NCBI GenBank assembly: GCA_016708025.1
Contig: JADJGQ010000003.1
Coordinates: 448,457-512,456, forward strand
From: a bacterium
GTDB taxonomy: Bacteria; Zixibacteria; MSB-5A5; GN15; FEB-12
Reading direction: 5' to 3'
DNA length: 64,000 nucleotides
Part shown: in pieces, positions 49,828-59,657 of the stretch
How the letters are laid out: every line of letters starts with the position of its first letter
How positions within the stretch are numbered: the first letter of the stretch is position 1
Notes under the pieces: model-generated
Told to the model about the DNA's origin: nothing
Databases searched by the model: none
What the model saw: only the letters and a program-made list of their open reading frames with translations
Position numbers and translations under genes: made by a program

Positions 49828-52800
49828 GCCAGGAACATCACACAGTTCCGGCCCACGGCCTCGCTGGCATGCTGGCGAAGGGGTTCATTAATTCCAAACT
49901 GACCCCACTGCTTATTTTAACTTCAGTACTGCTTGGCGCATTTGCGGTGGCGATGCTCCCCCGCGAAGAAGAACCGCAGATCAAAGTGCCGATGGTTGAC
50001 GTCATGGTTTCGGTCCCCGGCTTCACCGCCAAGGAAGTCGAAAACCGCGTCACCGCTCCCATGGAGAAACTGATCTGGGAGATTCCCGGAGTTGAATATG
50101 TCTACTCCATCTCCCGCCCCGAAGAAGCGCTGGTGATCGTGCGTTATCTCGTCGGTGAGGATGTCGAGAAGAGCCTGGTCAAGCTGAACCAGAAACTCCA
50201 ATCGAACTTCGACAAGATCCCGCCGAATGTTTCTTTCCCACTGCTGAAGCCCCGCTCGATCGATGATGTCCCGATCCTTGCGATGACCTTCCATAGCGCG
50301 GAACTGGATCATTACTCGCTCCGGCGCGTGGTCGCCGAGGTCGAGGATCAGATCAAGCAGGTGCGCGATGTCTCAGAGACAAACATAATCGGCGGACTCC
50401 GCCGTCAATACCGGATTCAGCTCGACCCGGAAGCGCTCGCCGCGCGGCAACTTGACCCGTTACAGATCATCCCGGTGCTCCGTCAGGCAAATCGCCAGAA
50501 CAAGGCCGGGTCGCTGGTATACAACAATCAGGAAGTGGTAATCGAGACCGGCGGATTTATCCGCTCGAAAGAGGATGCCGAAAAGGTTGTCCTCGGGGTC
50601 TATAACAACTCCCCGATCTACCTTCGCGATGTCGCCAAGATCATCGATGGTCCGGAGGAGCTGAATCAGGTTGTTTTGTTTGGTTCGGGAGCCGCGATCG
50701 GCCCGCATCACGAGGAGGAAGCGGCGGTCACGCTTTCAATTGCCAAGCGTCCAGGGACCAATGCGATCCAGGTCGCCGAACATGTTCTGGAGAAAGTCCA
50801 TTTCCTCGAAGGAAAAGTGATCCCGTCGAATGTTGATATGACGATCACCCGCCACTATGGCGAAACAGCCGAAGAGAAATCGAACGAGCTGCTATTCCAT
50901 ATGATGATCGCGGTTTTTTCCGTGTCGTTGCTCATCCTGCTGGCCCTGGGATGGCGCGAATCGATCATCGTAGCGCTGGCGATACCATCAACTCTCGCGC
51001 TCACTCTTCTTGTATTTTATCTTGCCGGATTTACGCTCAATCGTATTACGCTTTTCGCGCTGATCTTCTCAATCGGTATTCTGGTGGATGATGCGATCGT
51101 GGTGGTGGAGAATATCACCAGGCACTTGCATCTTGCGCAGAACAAGGGGCGACATTGGGCGAAGATCGCGATCGATGCCGTCTCCGAGGTAGGCAATCCC
51201 ACTATCCTTGCCACCTGGGCGGTGATCGCGGCAGTGTTGCCGATGGCGTTTGTCGGCGGACTGATGGGGCCATACATGCGGCCGATCCCGATCGGCGCGA
51301 CCGCGGCAATGCTCTTCTCGCTGGTGGTCGCATTTATCGTGACGCCATGGGCGGCAGTGCGTGTACTCAAATGGGGAAAATCGAAAGAGCATATCATTCA
51401 TGATGCATCCAATGAGGATTGGTCAACGCGCGCATATCGCCGTCAGATGACCAAACTGATCACCAAGCCGAAAACCCGAATGATCTACCTGACCACTATC
51501 ACCGTGCTGTTGGTTGGAGCGATGGCGCTTGTCGGCATCGGCTGGGTGCAGGTGAAGATGCTCCCGTTCGACAACAAAAACGAATTCCAGGTTATCATTA
51601 ATATGCCGGAGGGGAGTTCGCTCGAAGAGACTGTCCAGGCCTCTCGCGAGATCGCCGGAGCAATCGCCAAAGAGTCCGAGGTAACGGATTACCAGATCTA
51701 TGCGGGGAATGCATCGCCATTCAATTTTAACGGTCTGGTGCGGCATTACTTCATGCGGCGCGGCTCTTATTCTGCGGATATCCAGGTCAACCTGGTCGGG
51801 AAGGGTGAGCGGTCTGACCAGTCGCACGATATCGCCAAGCGGGTACGCCCGCGCGTGGATGATATCGCGAAGAAGTATCGCGCGGCGGTGGCGATCGCCG
51901 AGGTACCACCCGGCCCGCCGGTCTTACAGACTCTGGTAGCGGAGATCTATGGACCGACTGATTCCACCCGCACCGCGCTTTCGCGCAAGGTCGAGGAGAT
52001 CTTCAAATCGACGCCCGGCGTGGTTGATGTTGACGCCTACGAAGAGATGGATCAGCCAAAACTGACTTTCACGATCGATCATGAAAAAGCGGCGCTCCAC
52101 GGCATCACCGCCGGAGATGATCGGCCAGTCGGTGAAACTTGCGGTCCAGCGGGATACAGGTCGACATCGGACATCGCGACAATGAGCGCGAAGATGTCGC
52201 GTTAATACTGGAACTCCCCCGCGCGCAGAAAACCTCCGCGGCGGATATTCTCGGCCTGCAGATACGGATGCCGAACACGGTTCAGTCGGCGAATGCCGCC
52301 GATGCACCGCTGGTGCCGCTGCGAGAACTGGTGACGGTAATTGATACGATTGCGGAGAAAACAATCTATCGGAAAAACCTTATGCCGGTGACATATATCA
52401 TCGGCGATGTCGCGGGTGAGATCGAGTCGCCGGTGTACGCCATCATGGATATGAACAAAAAGCTGGAGAAGCTTGAGATGATCCAGTATGGCGGGACAGA
52501 GAATAAGCTGCAGATTCTCAATGCGAGTATGCCGTTCTCCACTCTCGAGCCCGCACTTAAGTGGGATGGTGAGTGGCATATCACGATAGAGGTCTTCCGC
52601 GATCTGGGGATCGCATTCGCCGCAGTACTGATCCTGATCTATATTCTGATGGTGGGATGGTTCCAGTCGCTGTTGACGCCGATCATCGTGATGGCGGCGA
52701 TTCCGTTCTCGCTCATTGGGATCATGCCGGCGCATGGCGCGATGGGGGCGTTTTTCACGGCAACCTCGATGATCGGATTTATGGCGGGGGCGGGAATTGT

Positions 52801-53083
52801 CATACGAAACTCAATCATTCTGGTCGATTTCATTGAGCTTCGTCTAAAGGAAGGGATGCCGCTGGCGGAAGCGGTGATCGATGCCGGCGCGGTGCGGTTC
52901 CGTCCGATGTTGCTCACGGCCGGCGCAGTGATTGTCGGTGCAGGAGTGATTTTGTTCGACCCGATCTTCCAGGGTCTGGCGATCGCATTGATGGCGGGCG
53001 AGGTCGCCTCGCTGTTGATCAGCCGTGTGGCGGTCCCGATTCTGTATTATGTCGGGCATAAGAAGCAGTATCCTGTGGCGTAA
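49824..53083 (+). pseudogene. RND (AcrB/CzcA-type) inner-membrane efflux permease interrupted by frameshift(s) near 52105-52165
   Basis: The 793-aa and 314-aa ORFs are the N- and C-terminal parts of one roughly 1080-aa RND permease. No outer-membrane factor gene lies adjacent. Confidence 0.85.
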
Positions 53084-53186
53084 AATGTATGCCCTTCGAC
53101 TTCGCTCAGGGCGACGATTATAGTACTTGAAGAGATCAGATGGCGGGTTCGGAAACGGACTCGCCTTTCTTATGCTCATCGCTCCC

Positions 53187-53219
53187 CACTGCCTCACCAC
53201 TGCCTCACCATTGCCTCAT
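53187..53219. repeat. Three tandem 11-bp units
   Basis: CACTGCCTCAC CACTGCCTCAC CATTGCCTCAT, followed by the further GCCTCATCC copy. Confidence 0.8.
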
Positions 53220-53582
53220 CCTTCCCCTTCCCCCGCCTCATCCTCCGCCCGGAAAAGCCTAATCCTGAACTTGATTCAGGATCCATGGGCGGTGCCGGGG
53301 TGGAATCATCAGGTTGTTGGAGGAGAATCGATTGACCTTTGGCGGCTGGCGTTGGGTTTTGGTTCGATATCAGATTGCCGCCGAAGCGTGGGATGGTCCC
53401 TCTACTAGAGGGGGGAGTTCAGGGAGCGCTAGCGGGGTAATACGGGAGGGGATAGAGCATTGGCAGGATTTTTGAAGCTTGGCGTCCCGGCCCACGGCAG
53501 GCGAATGAGAGCAGCTCATTTAGTGATTGCCAAGCGGCTTCCTACTATGCAATTTAGAAGCAACAAGTGAGCAGAAAACAAG

Positions 53583-54795
53583 ATGGGTAATCGAACAAAG
53601 AGCGCCAATTCAGAATTTAGGCTTGCAATTACTGAACAAGATGTCTTTCGAGCTAGAATTGCTGGCGAACTTGTGAAGCGTCGTAAACGTCCGACGTTGA
53701 TAGACTTGTTCGCTGGAGCGGGGGATGACGCTCGGCTTCACCAAGGGACTCGGGCACTGTTTTGAGCCGGTGTGGGCAAATGATATTGATGAGGCTTCCG
53801 TTACAACCTACCACTTGAATTTTGACTGCCACTGTGTGTCAGGAGACCTTATAGATATTTTGGCTGCCAGGAGTTACAAGATTCCTCATGCAGACGTGGT
53901 CATTGGAGGGCCACCATGCCAAGGGTTCAGCCTGCTTAACAAGAATCGGGACGGTGATCCGAGGAAGCAACTATGGAGACCGTTTCTTGATGTAGTCAAG
54001 CACTCTAAGGCAAAGCTGTTTGTCATGGAAAACGTCCCGCAGTTGCTTGGTACACCAGAGCATACAGAGATTCTTGGTTATGCCAAGAAACTAGGTTTTC
54101 AGACCGAGTCGCGTGTATTATGCGCAGCAGACTATGGAGTATCCCAGAAGCGGTATCGCGCCTTCATTATTGGGTGTTCATTTGCAGATCCGAGGATCTC
54201 CTTCCCGCCTAAGAAATCGCATTATAACCCTTGTAATGGCAGCACTCTTGATTTATTAGAATCGAATGGTGCATTTTTGACAAATCCCCAAAAATGGAGG
54301 ACAGTCAGAGATGCAATAGCGGATCTTCCACAGCCAACAGGTACCGAAATAGCTGCAGTAGCGCCACCATTCGACCTTCATTTCGGCAGGACGCCGACTC
54401 AGAAGTCCCTTCAAAGATATCGTGCAATTCCAGAAGAAGGAATGAACAGGTTCGACCTACAACGACGCGCCCTTAAATTGACTCCAGATTGCTGGATAAG
54501 GAAGACTTCCGGCGGGACTGACCTGTTTGGGCGCTTATGGTGGGATAAACCCGCTTTAACTATTCGAACAGAATTCTTCAAGCCAGAAAAAGGTCGGTAC
54601 CTTCATCCGTGTGAACATCGGCCGATTACGCACAGGGAAGCGGCGCGCCTGCAGAGTTTTCCAGATGATTTTCTATTCCACGGTTCAAAGACTCAAATCG
54701 CAAAACAGATCGGCAACGCAGTTCCTCCAATGTTAGCTGCTCGAGTCGCAGACTGCGTTTTTTCTCTTTGGCTCTCTCAGGAACAAGCTACATGA
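53583..54795 (+). pseudogene. DNA (cytosine-5)-methyltransferase, frameshifted inside motif I
   Basis: LIDLFAGAG is followed out of frame by MTLGF; the expected sequence is FAGAGGMTLGF. Downstream motifs are intact: GGPPCQGFS, ENV (FVMENVPQL), QKRYRAF, GNAVPP. Confidence 0.85.
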
Positions 54796-55202
54796 GCGAC
54801 GTTTTTTCTAGTAAGAAGCGCAGCGAGATAATGTCGCTTGTGAAGGGGCGCGATACAACACCCGAAAGAATAGTAAGATCACTCCTTCATCGAAATGGAT
54901 ATCGCTTTTCTGTTCATCGGTCGGACCTACCCGGAAGACCCGATATAGTTCTAACAAGACATCGTACTGTTGTATTTGTAAATGGCTGTTTCTGGCATGA
55001 CCACAAAGGATGCAAAAGAGCAAGTAAACCACAAAGTAATAGATTGTTCTGGATGGAGAAAATTGAATCTACTAGGATGCGGGATCAACGGAATGGCAGA
55101 TTATTGCGAAAATTGGGTTGGCGTGTTTTGACCGTATGGGAATGTGAAACCAAGCGCGACAACTTCCTGGCATCAAAGATTCGGAATTATTTCCAACGAT
55201 AG
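54792..55202 (+). CDS. vsr: Very-short-patch repair endonuclease
   Basis: KKRSEIMSLVKGRDTTPE...GRPDIVLTRHRTVVFVNGCFWHDHKGC...WRVLTVWECE. ATGA overlap with the methyltransferase stop. Confidence 0.9.
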   Translation: MSDVFSSKKRSEIMSLVKGRDTTPERIVRSLLHRNGYRFSVHRSDLPGRPDIVLTRHRTVVFVNGCFWHDHKGCKRASKPQSNRLFWMEKIESTRMRDQRNGRLLRKLGWRVLTVWECETKRDNFLASKIRNYFQR

Positions 55203-55215
55203 GCGGACAAAAACA

Positions 55216-56154
55216 ATGCCAAGACGGACAAAATGTGAGCAACCCGAGTCCCACCGAATCGAACTAATCGACTTATTGATGAATTTTGAGGCGGAGCTCA
55301 GATCCAAAGACCTACGTCGAAAAGTCCTCTCACTAGTCGACGCATATCGATTGCTGCACAACTTAGGAAGTTCACTAATTCCAATGGAGATTGCCAAGTC
55401 GGCCAGGGATCGCATTCTTTGCTACTTTAGGAAATACCCTTCGACGATAATCGATGGAGAGGAAATCATGGTGGTTTCCGGAATTAGTGAGTGGGCAAGA
55501 AGGGTGCGAGAGCTTAGAGTTCAATTTGGATGGAGCATCATTAGTGGAATCACAGCCAAGGAGATGCTGAAAGAGGAATCTCCTCTTGTCATTAACGGCG
55601 TTGAAATCAGCGAAATGAAACCGAATCAGTATTTTCTCGCGAGCCCAGAAGAAGATCGGGAGGCTGCTAGGCGTTGGCATGTAGCCAACGACATCCGAAA
55701 GGGAAAAGGCGGCTCGAAAGAGAAAATTATTGAATTCTTCCGTCAAAACGTGGGTCAGCCAATAAGCGGAGAAGAATTACGTTACGCTGCTAATGACAAA
55801 TCAGAATGGGCCAGACGTGTGAGAGAACTCAGAACTGAAAATGGCTGGCCAATTGTTACACGCAATACCGGCAGACCAGATCTACCTGTTGGAATGTATG
55901 TGCTCGAACAGGACCGACAGAGCCCCGAACATGACAGGAACATTCCCGATTTGGTACGACGCACAGTCCTCGAACAAGCAAAGTACCGTTGTGCTAACTG
56001 CAAATGGCATCACAAGAAGTGGAATCGATCGGACCCGCGATTTCTCGAGCTTCACCACAGTGTTCCGCATTCTCACGGTGGAAAGAATGAAGCCGAGAAT
56101 CTCATTGTATTATGTAACGTCTGTCACGATCAGATTCACAAGAAACGTCGATAG
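55216..56154 (+). CDS. HNH nuclease with a duplicated N-terminal winged-helix-like module; probable restriction endonuclease of the cassette
   Basis: C-terminal CANCKW...LELHHSVPHSHGGKNEAENLIVLCNVCHDQIH (HNH). Two copies of SEWARRVRELR..GW.I lie 105 aa apart. It starts 13 nt after vsr. Confidence 0.7.
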   Translation: MPRRTKCEQPESHRIELIDLLMNFEAELRSKDLRRKVLSLVDAYRLLHNLGSSLIPMEIAKSARDRILCYFRKYPSTIIDGEEIMVVSGISEWARRVRELRVQFGWSIISGITAKEMLKEESPLVINGVEISEMKPNQYFLASPEEDREAARRWHVANDIRKGKGGSKEKIIEFFRQNVGQPISGEELRYAANDKSEWARRVRELRTENGWPIVTRNTGRPDLPVGMYVLEQDRQSPEHDRNIPDLVRRTVLEQAKYRCANCKWHHKKWNRSDPRFLELHHSVPHSHGGKNEAENLIVLCNVCHDQIHKKRR

Positions 56155-57232
56155 TCCCCCCTACTTCCGCACCTAGCGTGTACTGGCCGTACATGTCCTT
56201 GGCGTAGTCCATCTCTTTATCCCAGCCGAAGTACTTCCCCATCTCGCGGGCAGGTTCGGTATCATCGACGTTATACCCCAACACCGTAAAGCCGGTCTTT
56301 TCGAGCAGCTCCTGCGTAAACGGGCAGCGGCCATCGGACCACGGCACATATTTCTCGTCCGGCCCGCTCAGTTTCGGATGGAGATTGTAGATCATGAAAT
56401 ATCCCCCCGGCTTAAGCAGATCGTAGATAGTTTTCACATAGGCGGAATCAGTGACCCCCAACTGCACCAGCATGCGCGGGTCAACCTCGCGCTCCGGATG
56501 AATGTACCCATGCTTGAGCGTGTTCTTGGAAATAAACAGATCGTAGCCCTCGCCGACAATGGCGCGCGTCGCGCTGTCTGCGGGGAATGAACCGAACGCG
56601 AGCGTGAGGTGTCCCGGCGCTCCCTCCCCTGCCACACGCGCACGCGCGATATAGCCGGCATCGGCAGGCTGCGCATAGAGCAGTTTGAGAAGCGGGTCAA
56701 CTTCGATACCGGTGACATTCGCGCCGCAGGAGGCCATCAGGCGGAGATGGCCGATCGAACCGAAGCCGTAGTCGGCAATACGGGCGGAATCCAATTTTGC
56801 CAGGCCGGCTATGCCGACGAGGTCGAGCGCGCGGGCGAAGGCGAGCGGTGTGCCATAGCGGGTGAAGTAGTAGAACTCTTCGCCGACATCGCGTCTTTCG
56901 TAGCCTTCAATGGATTGCTTCGTCGCTTCGCTCCTCGCAATGACATTGGACGTGTCTGTGGCTTTTTTGTATTCAGCTTCGGACATGTATGAGCGGGTCG
57001 TTTTGTTGACATAAACGACGCGGGATTCGATCGACGGTAGATCGGGGACCGCCGCGAGGAATTGTTTGGCGATGGGTGAAGTGACGAAAGTCGCAAGCGT
57101 GTCCGCCTGGAGATTCAGCACTTCGAGTGCGGTGAGGGTGTCGCCGGTGGTGTCGGTCTGGGCGACGGATGATCCGGCGAGGGTGGCGCTGATGAGAAGC
57201 GCGATTGCAAAGATGGTGCGAAGGTGGCGCAT
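56102..57232 (-). CDS. Exported class I SAM-dependent methyltransferase-like protein, with its C-terminal 17 codons read from islet DNA
   Basis: Start moved to the ATG at 57232 (MRHLRTIFAIALLISATLAGSSVAQ signal peptide). Motif I-like IADYGFGSIGHL...VTGIEVD; YDLFISKNTL; LKPGGYFMIYN. Confidence 0.6.
   Translation of the reverse strand: MRHLRTIFAIALLISATLAGSSVAQTDTTGDTLTALEVLNLQADTLATFVTSPIAKQFLAAVPDLPSIESRVVYVNKTTRSYMSEAEYKKATDTSNVIARSEATKQSIEGYERRDVGEEFYYFTRYGTPLAFARALDLVGIAGLAKLDSARIADYGFGSIGHLRLMASCGANVTGIEVDPLLKLLYAQPADAGYIARARVAGEGAPGHLTLAFGSFPADSATRAIVGEGYDLFISKNTLKHGYIHPEREVDPRMLVQLGVTDSAYVKTIYDLLKPGGYFMIYNLHPKLSGPDEKYVPWSDGRCPFTQELLEKTGFTVLGYNVDDTEPAREMGKYFGWDKEMDYAKDMYGQYTLGAEVGGTIDVSCESDRDRRYIIQ
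56912..56944. repeat. Short palindromic element copy A (inside the CDS, in frame)
   Basis: GGATTGCTTCGTCGCTTCGCTCCTCGCAATGAC, translated on the minus strand as VIARSEATKQSI. Confidence 0.7.
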
Positions 57233-57283
57233 TCTGGTTTCCCTTATGTTTACTCGGGCAGACGAGGACGTCTGCCGCGCAAA

Positions 57284-57310
57284 GTCATTGCGAGCGTAGC
57301 GAAGCAATCC
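57284..57310. repeat. Short palindromic element copy B (inverted relative to copy A)
   Basis: GTCATTGCGAGCGTAGCGAAGCAATCC. Its reverse complement shares both ends (GGATTGCTTCG...CTCGCAATGAC) with copy A. Confidence 0.7.
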
Positions 57311-57507
57311 ATTGATTCCGCGCGAAGCGCAGCCTCCCATACTTACGGTAAGGTAACGGTTCAGTTGCAGGGATGCGAGGGGGAAATTGCGCCCTCACCG
57401 TCCGCCGATAGCAGGCCCCCTCTCCCAGAGGGAGAGGAGAAATTTCTGAGGGATTGGATGTAGGGGGCCTTCGTTGGCCGGGCGAAGATGGGTGGATGTT
57501 CGAAAAA

Positions 57508-57536
57508 AGCCTCCGGAGAGTATCCGGAGGCTTTTT
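57508..57536. terminator. Bidirectional hairpin terminator
   Basis: AAAAAA-AGCCTCCGGA-GAGT-ATCCGGAGGCT-TTTT. It lies about 50 nt beyond the end of the minus-strand gene at 57584. Confidence 0.7.
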
Positions 57537-57583
57537 CGTATACACGTCCGTGTGCAAGTCCGCAAAGGGACGGGCATTTCTCT

Positions 57584-59657
57584 TTACGGACAATTGGGCA
57601 AGGTCGGGCGTGGTACCTGCGTCAGATAGGCTATCAAGAGCGACAGATCAGACAGGTCGATAGAGCCTGTGGTGTTGACGTTCGCTTCCGGCAGGCATGG
57701 CAGGACCGGACGCGGAACAATTGTCAGATAGCTGATGAGCAGAGAGAGATCCGACAGGTCAGGCGTTTCAATAACGCCATCGTTCACATTGCCGGTGGTG
57801 CCAACACAGCAACTGACTGTCTGGCAGGAATCGCCGACACCATCGCCATCAGAATCCTCCTGCAACGGATTGTATTTGTTGGGGCAATTGTCGCACAGAT
57901 CGCCGATCAGATCGAAATCGACATCAGACTGCGTTGGATTTGAGACAGTCGGGCAGTTGTCACAGATCGCCAACTCCATCCAGGTCGCCATCAAGCTGAG
58001 TCGGATTCGAGATGGTCGGGCAATTGTCGCAGGCATCACCAAAGGTGTCGGCATCGGTATCGAGCTGATTGTTGTTCGTTACCGCTCTGCAGTTGTCGCA
58101 GGCATCGCCAAGCGTGTCGAGATCGGAGTTGACCTGCGAGGGATTGGGCGTGAAGTCGCAATTATCGAGCGAATCGATAATGCCGTCATTGTCTGTGTCA
58201 CAGGCGAAAACATTCTCAAAGATGACATCCTGATCGACACCATTGCGGCCATCGTTCCAGACGATGCCGAAGGGATTGATCAGGTTGAAATCCGAATCGA
58301 AATAGGACCCGATGTATTGTCCCAAAGGACGCGGAATGGTGCTAACCGGTGGGAATGGACCATTGCGCGTGAGTATGCAATCCTGAAACGTAACGCCACA
58401 GTCGCGCGAGATGGATGACCAGATCTCGACGGCGTTGTTGGCCAGGTCATTGCGACGGTCGTTGTAGCTGACTATCACCGCGCCGGTGTTGCGGTCGAGA
58501 GTGATCGTCGGCGCCCATTGATCGCGTCCATTACCAACCGGGTCCTGATTGACGCGCATCGGCGGGAGGAATGATCCGGGAGCTCCGCCAGCCGGACTGA
58601 CGGTCATCCAGATATCGATATCGGTTCCGGTCGGACCGGGAGCATCCCAGACAATATAGACATAACTGGGACATCCGCCGGCAACACCTTGTCAATCGCG
58701 AGGTCAACCGTATTGGCGACTTCGATTCCCGGAGCGAGTGTGGGAGGTACAGGAAGAATTCCACCGGTAATGATTGCGGCAGGGACCATGGCGCACCGCC
58801 GGTAGGAGTCGGGTTCCAAGACATCACGATGTTACCTGCCAGAATGTCGCGCCAGATACAGTAAGTCGCGCCGGGAGGGAGAAATCCTGTTCCGGCTGGG
58901 CCGGCAAAATCGAGGGCTGGCTTATGTCCTGCAGATACGCGCCATGCGGCATGCCCGGCATGACTGGGGCGGGCCGAGAAAGTGCCGGATAGGGGAAAGG
59001 TCCGCCAAAAGCAGATTTGTGGAGGAGGACCAGATAGCGGCAAGGTCGGCAGGATCATTGTAGAAGTTCAAGTCTCCGTTGGGTCGCCATCGATGTCGGT
59101 GGATTGCACCCAGGCATAAGTAGCCTCACCCATCATTGGAACGGGGATACCAGGGACATCAACAATGGAAGAGCTGGGTAGTCGAACCATTGATTGATTG
59201 CCGGGCTGATACTGATCGGAAAAAGGTGCGGCGAACGGTGCGCCACCGCCAAGACTTCAGACATGTAGACCGCGTTTCCGATCGGCGTGAATTGCTGTCC
59301 CTGGTCCAAAGGCAGTGCCGCCCATCATGAATCCACCACCTGGAGCAGAGCCAAGTGAAGGGTTCCAGTCGCTGGATAGGGGGCGGCGCGGTCACACCCA
59401 TTGGCAGCCAGGAACCAGAAGCGCCGAAAGCCGGTGACCATGCCCAGTCAATCGTCACCGCCTGGAAAAAGGCCTGGCAAATGATTGTTGTAAAGGTGTA
59501 GATCTCTCCCGGTTTGATCTCGTTCCAGGAGACTGCTGTGTTGTTTTGTTCGGACCCGGGTGGATGTCCGGAGCCACGGGTGAGTTAGCCATGACACTGA
59601 ACCCAGGAAGCAGATGATCGCGGCAACTCTGCTGAATGAGAGAATCAGGCGAACCAT
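57584..59657 (-). pseudogene. Secreted BNR/sialidase-like protein with thrombospondin type 3 repeats and a twin dockerin-like C-terminal tail, broken by at least five frame changes
   Basis: Recognisable pieces lie in all three minus frames. They are a signal peptide (MVRLILSFSRVAAIICFLGSVS), [13 protein letters not shown] (BNR), repeated D.D.D..GD.CDNCP..(S/Y)NP.Q, and [12 protein letters not shown]...[13 protein letters not shown]...[14 protein letters not shown]. Confidence 0.7.

Larger units (their letters stand above)
53409..56162. mobile_element. Low-GC genomic islet carrying a type II-like restriction-modification/Vsr cassette; no integrase or transposase seen
   Basis: Hand GC spot counts are 24/60 (53581-53640) and 26/60 (55261-55320) inside the islet. 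Outside they are 42/60 (52861-52920) and 35/60 (56221-56280). AGGGGGGA at 53409-53416 and its complement TCCCCCCT at 56155-56162 bracket it. Confidence 0.45.

Noticed and set aside
53127-53408. A 93-aa ORF in the RND-to-islet intergenic region
   Set aside because: Its translation (…PHCLTTASPLPHPSPSPASSS…LILNLIQDP…) is just the read-through of tandem 11-mers and palindromic elements. It has no RBS.
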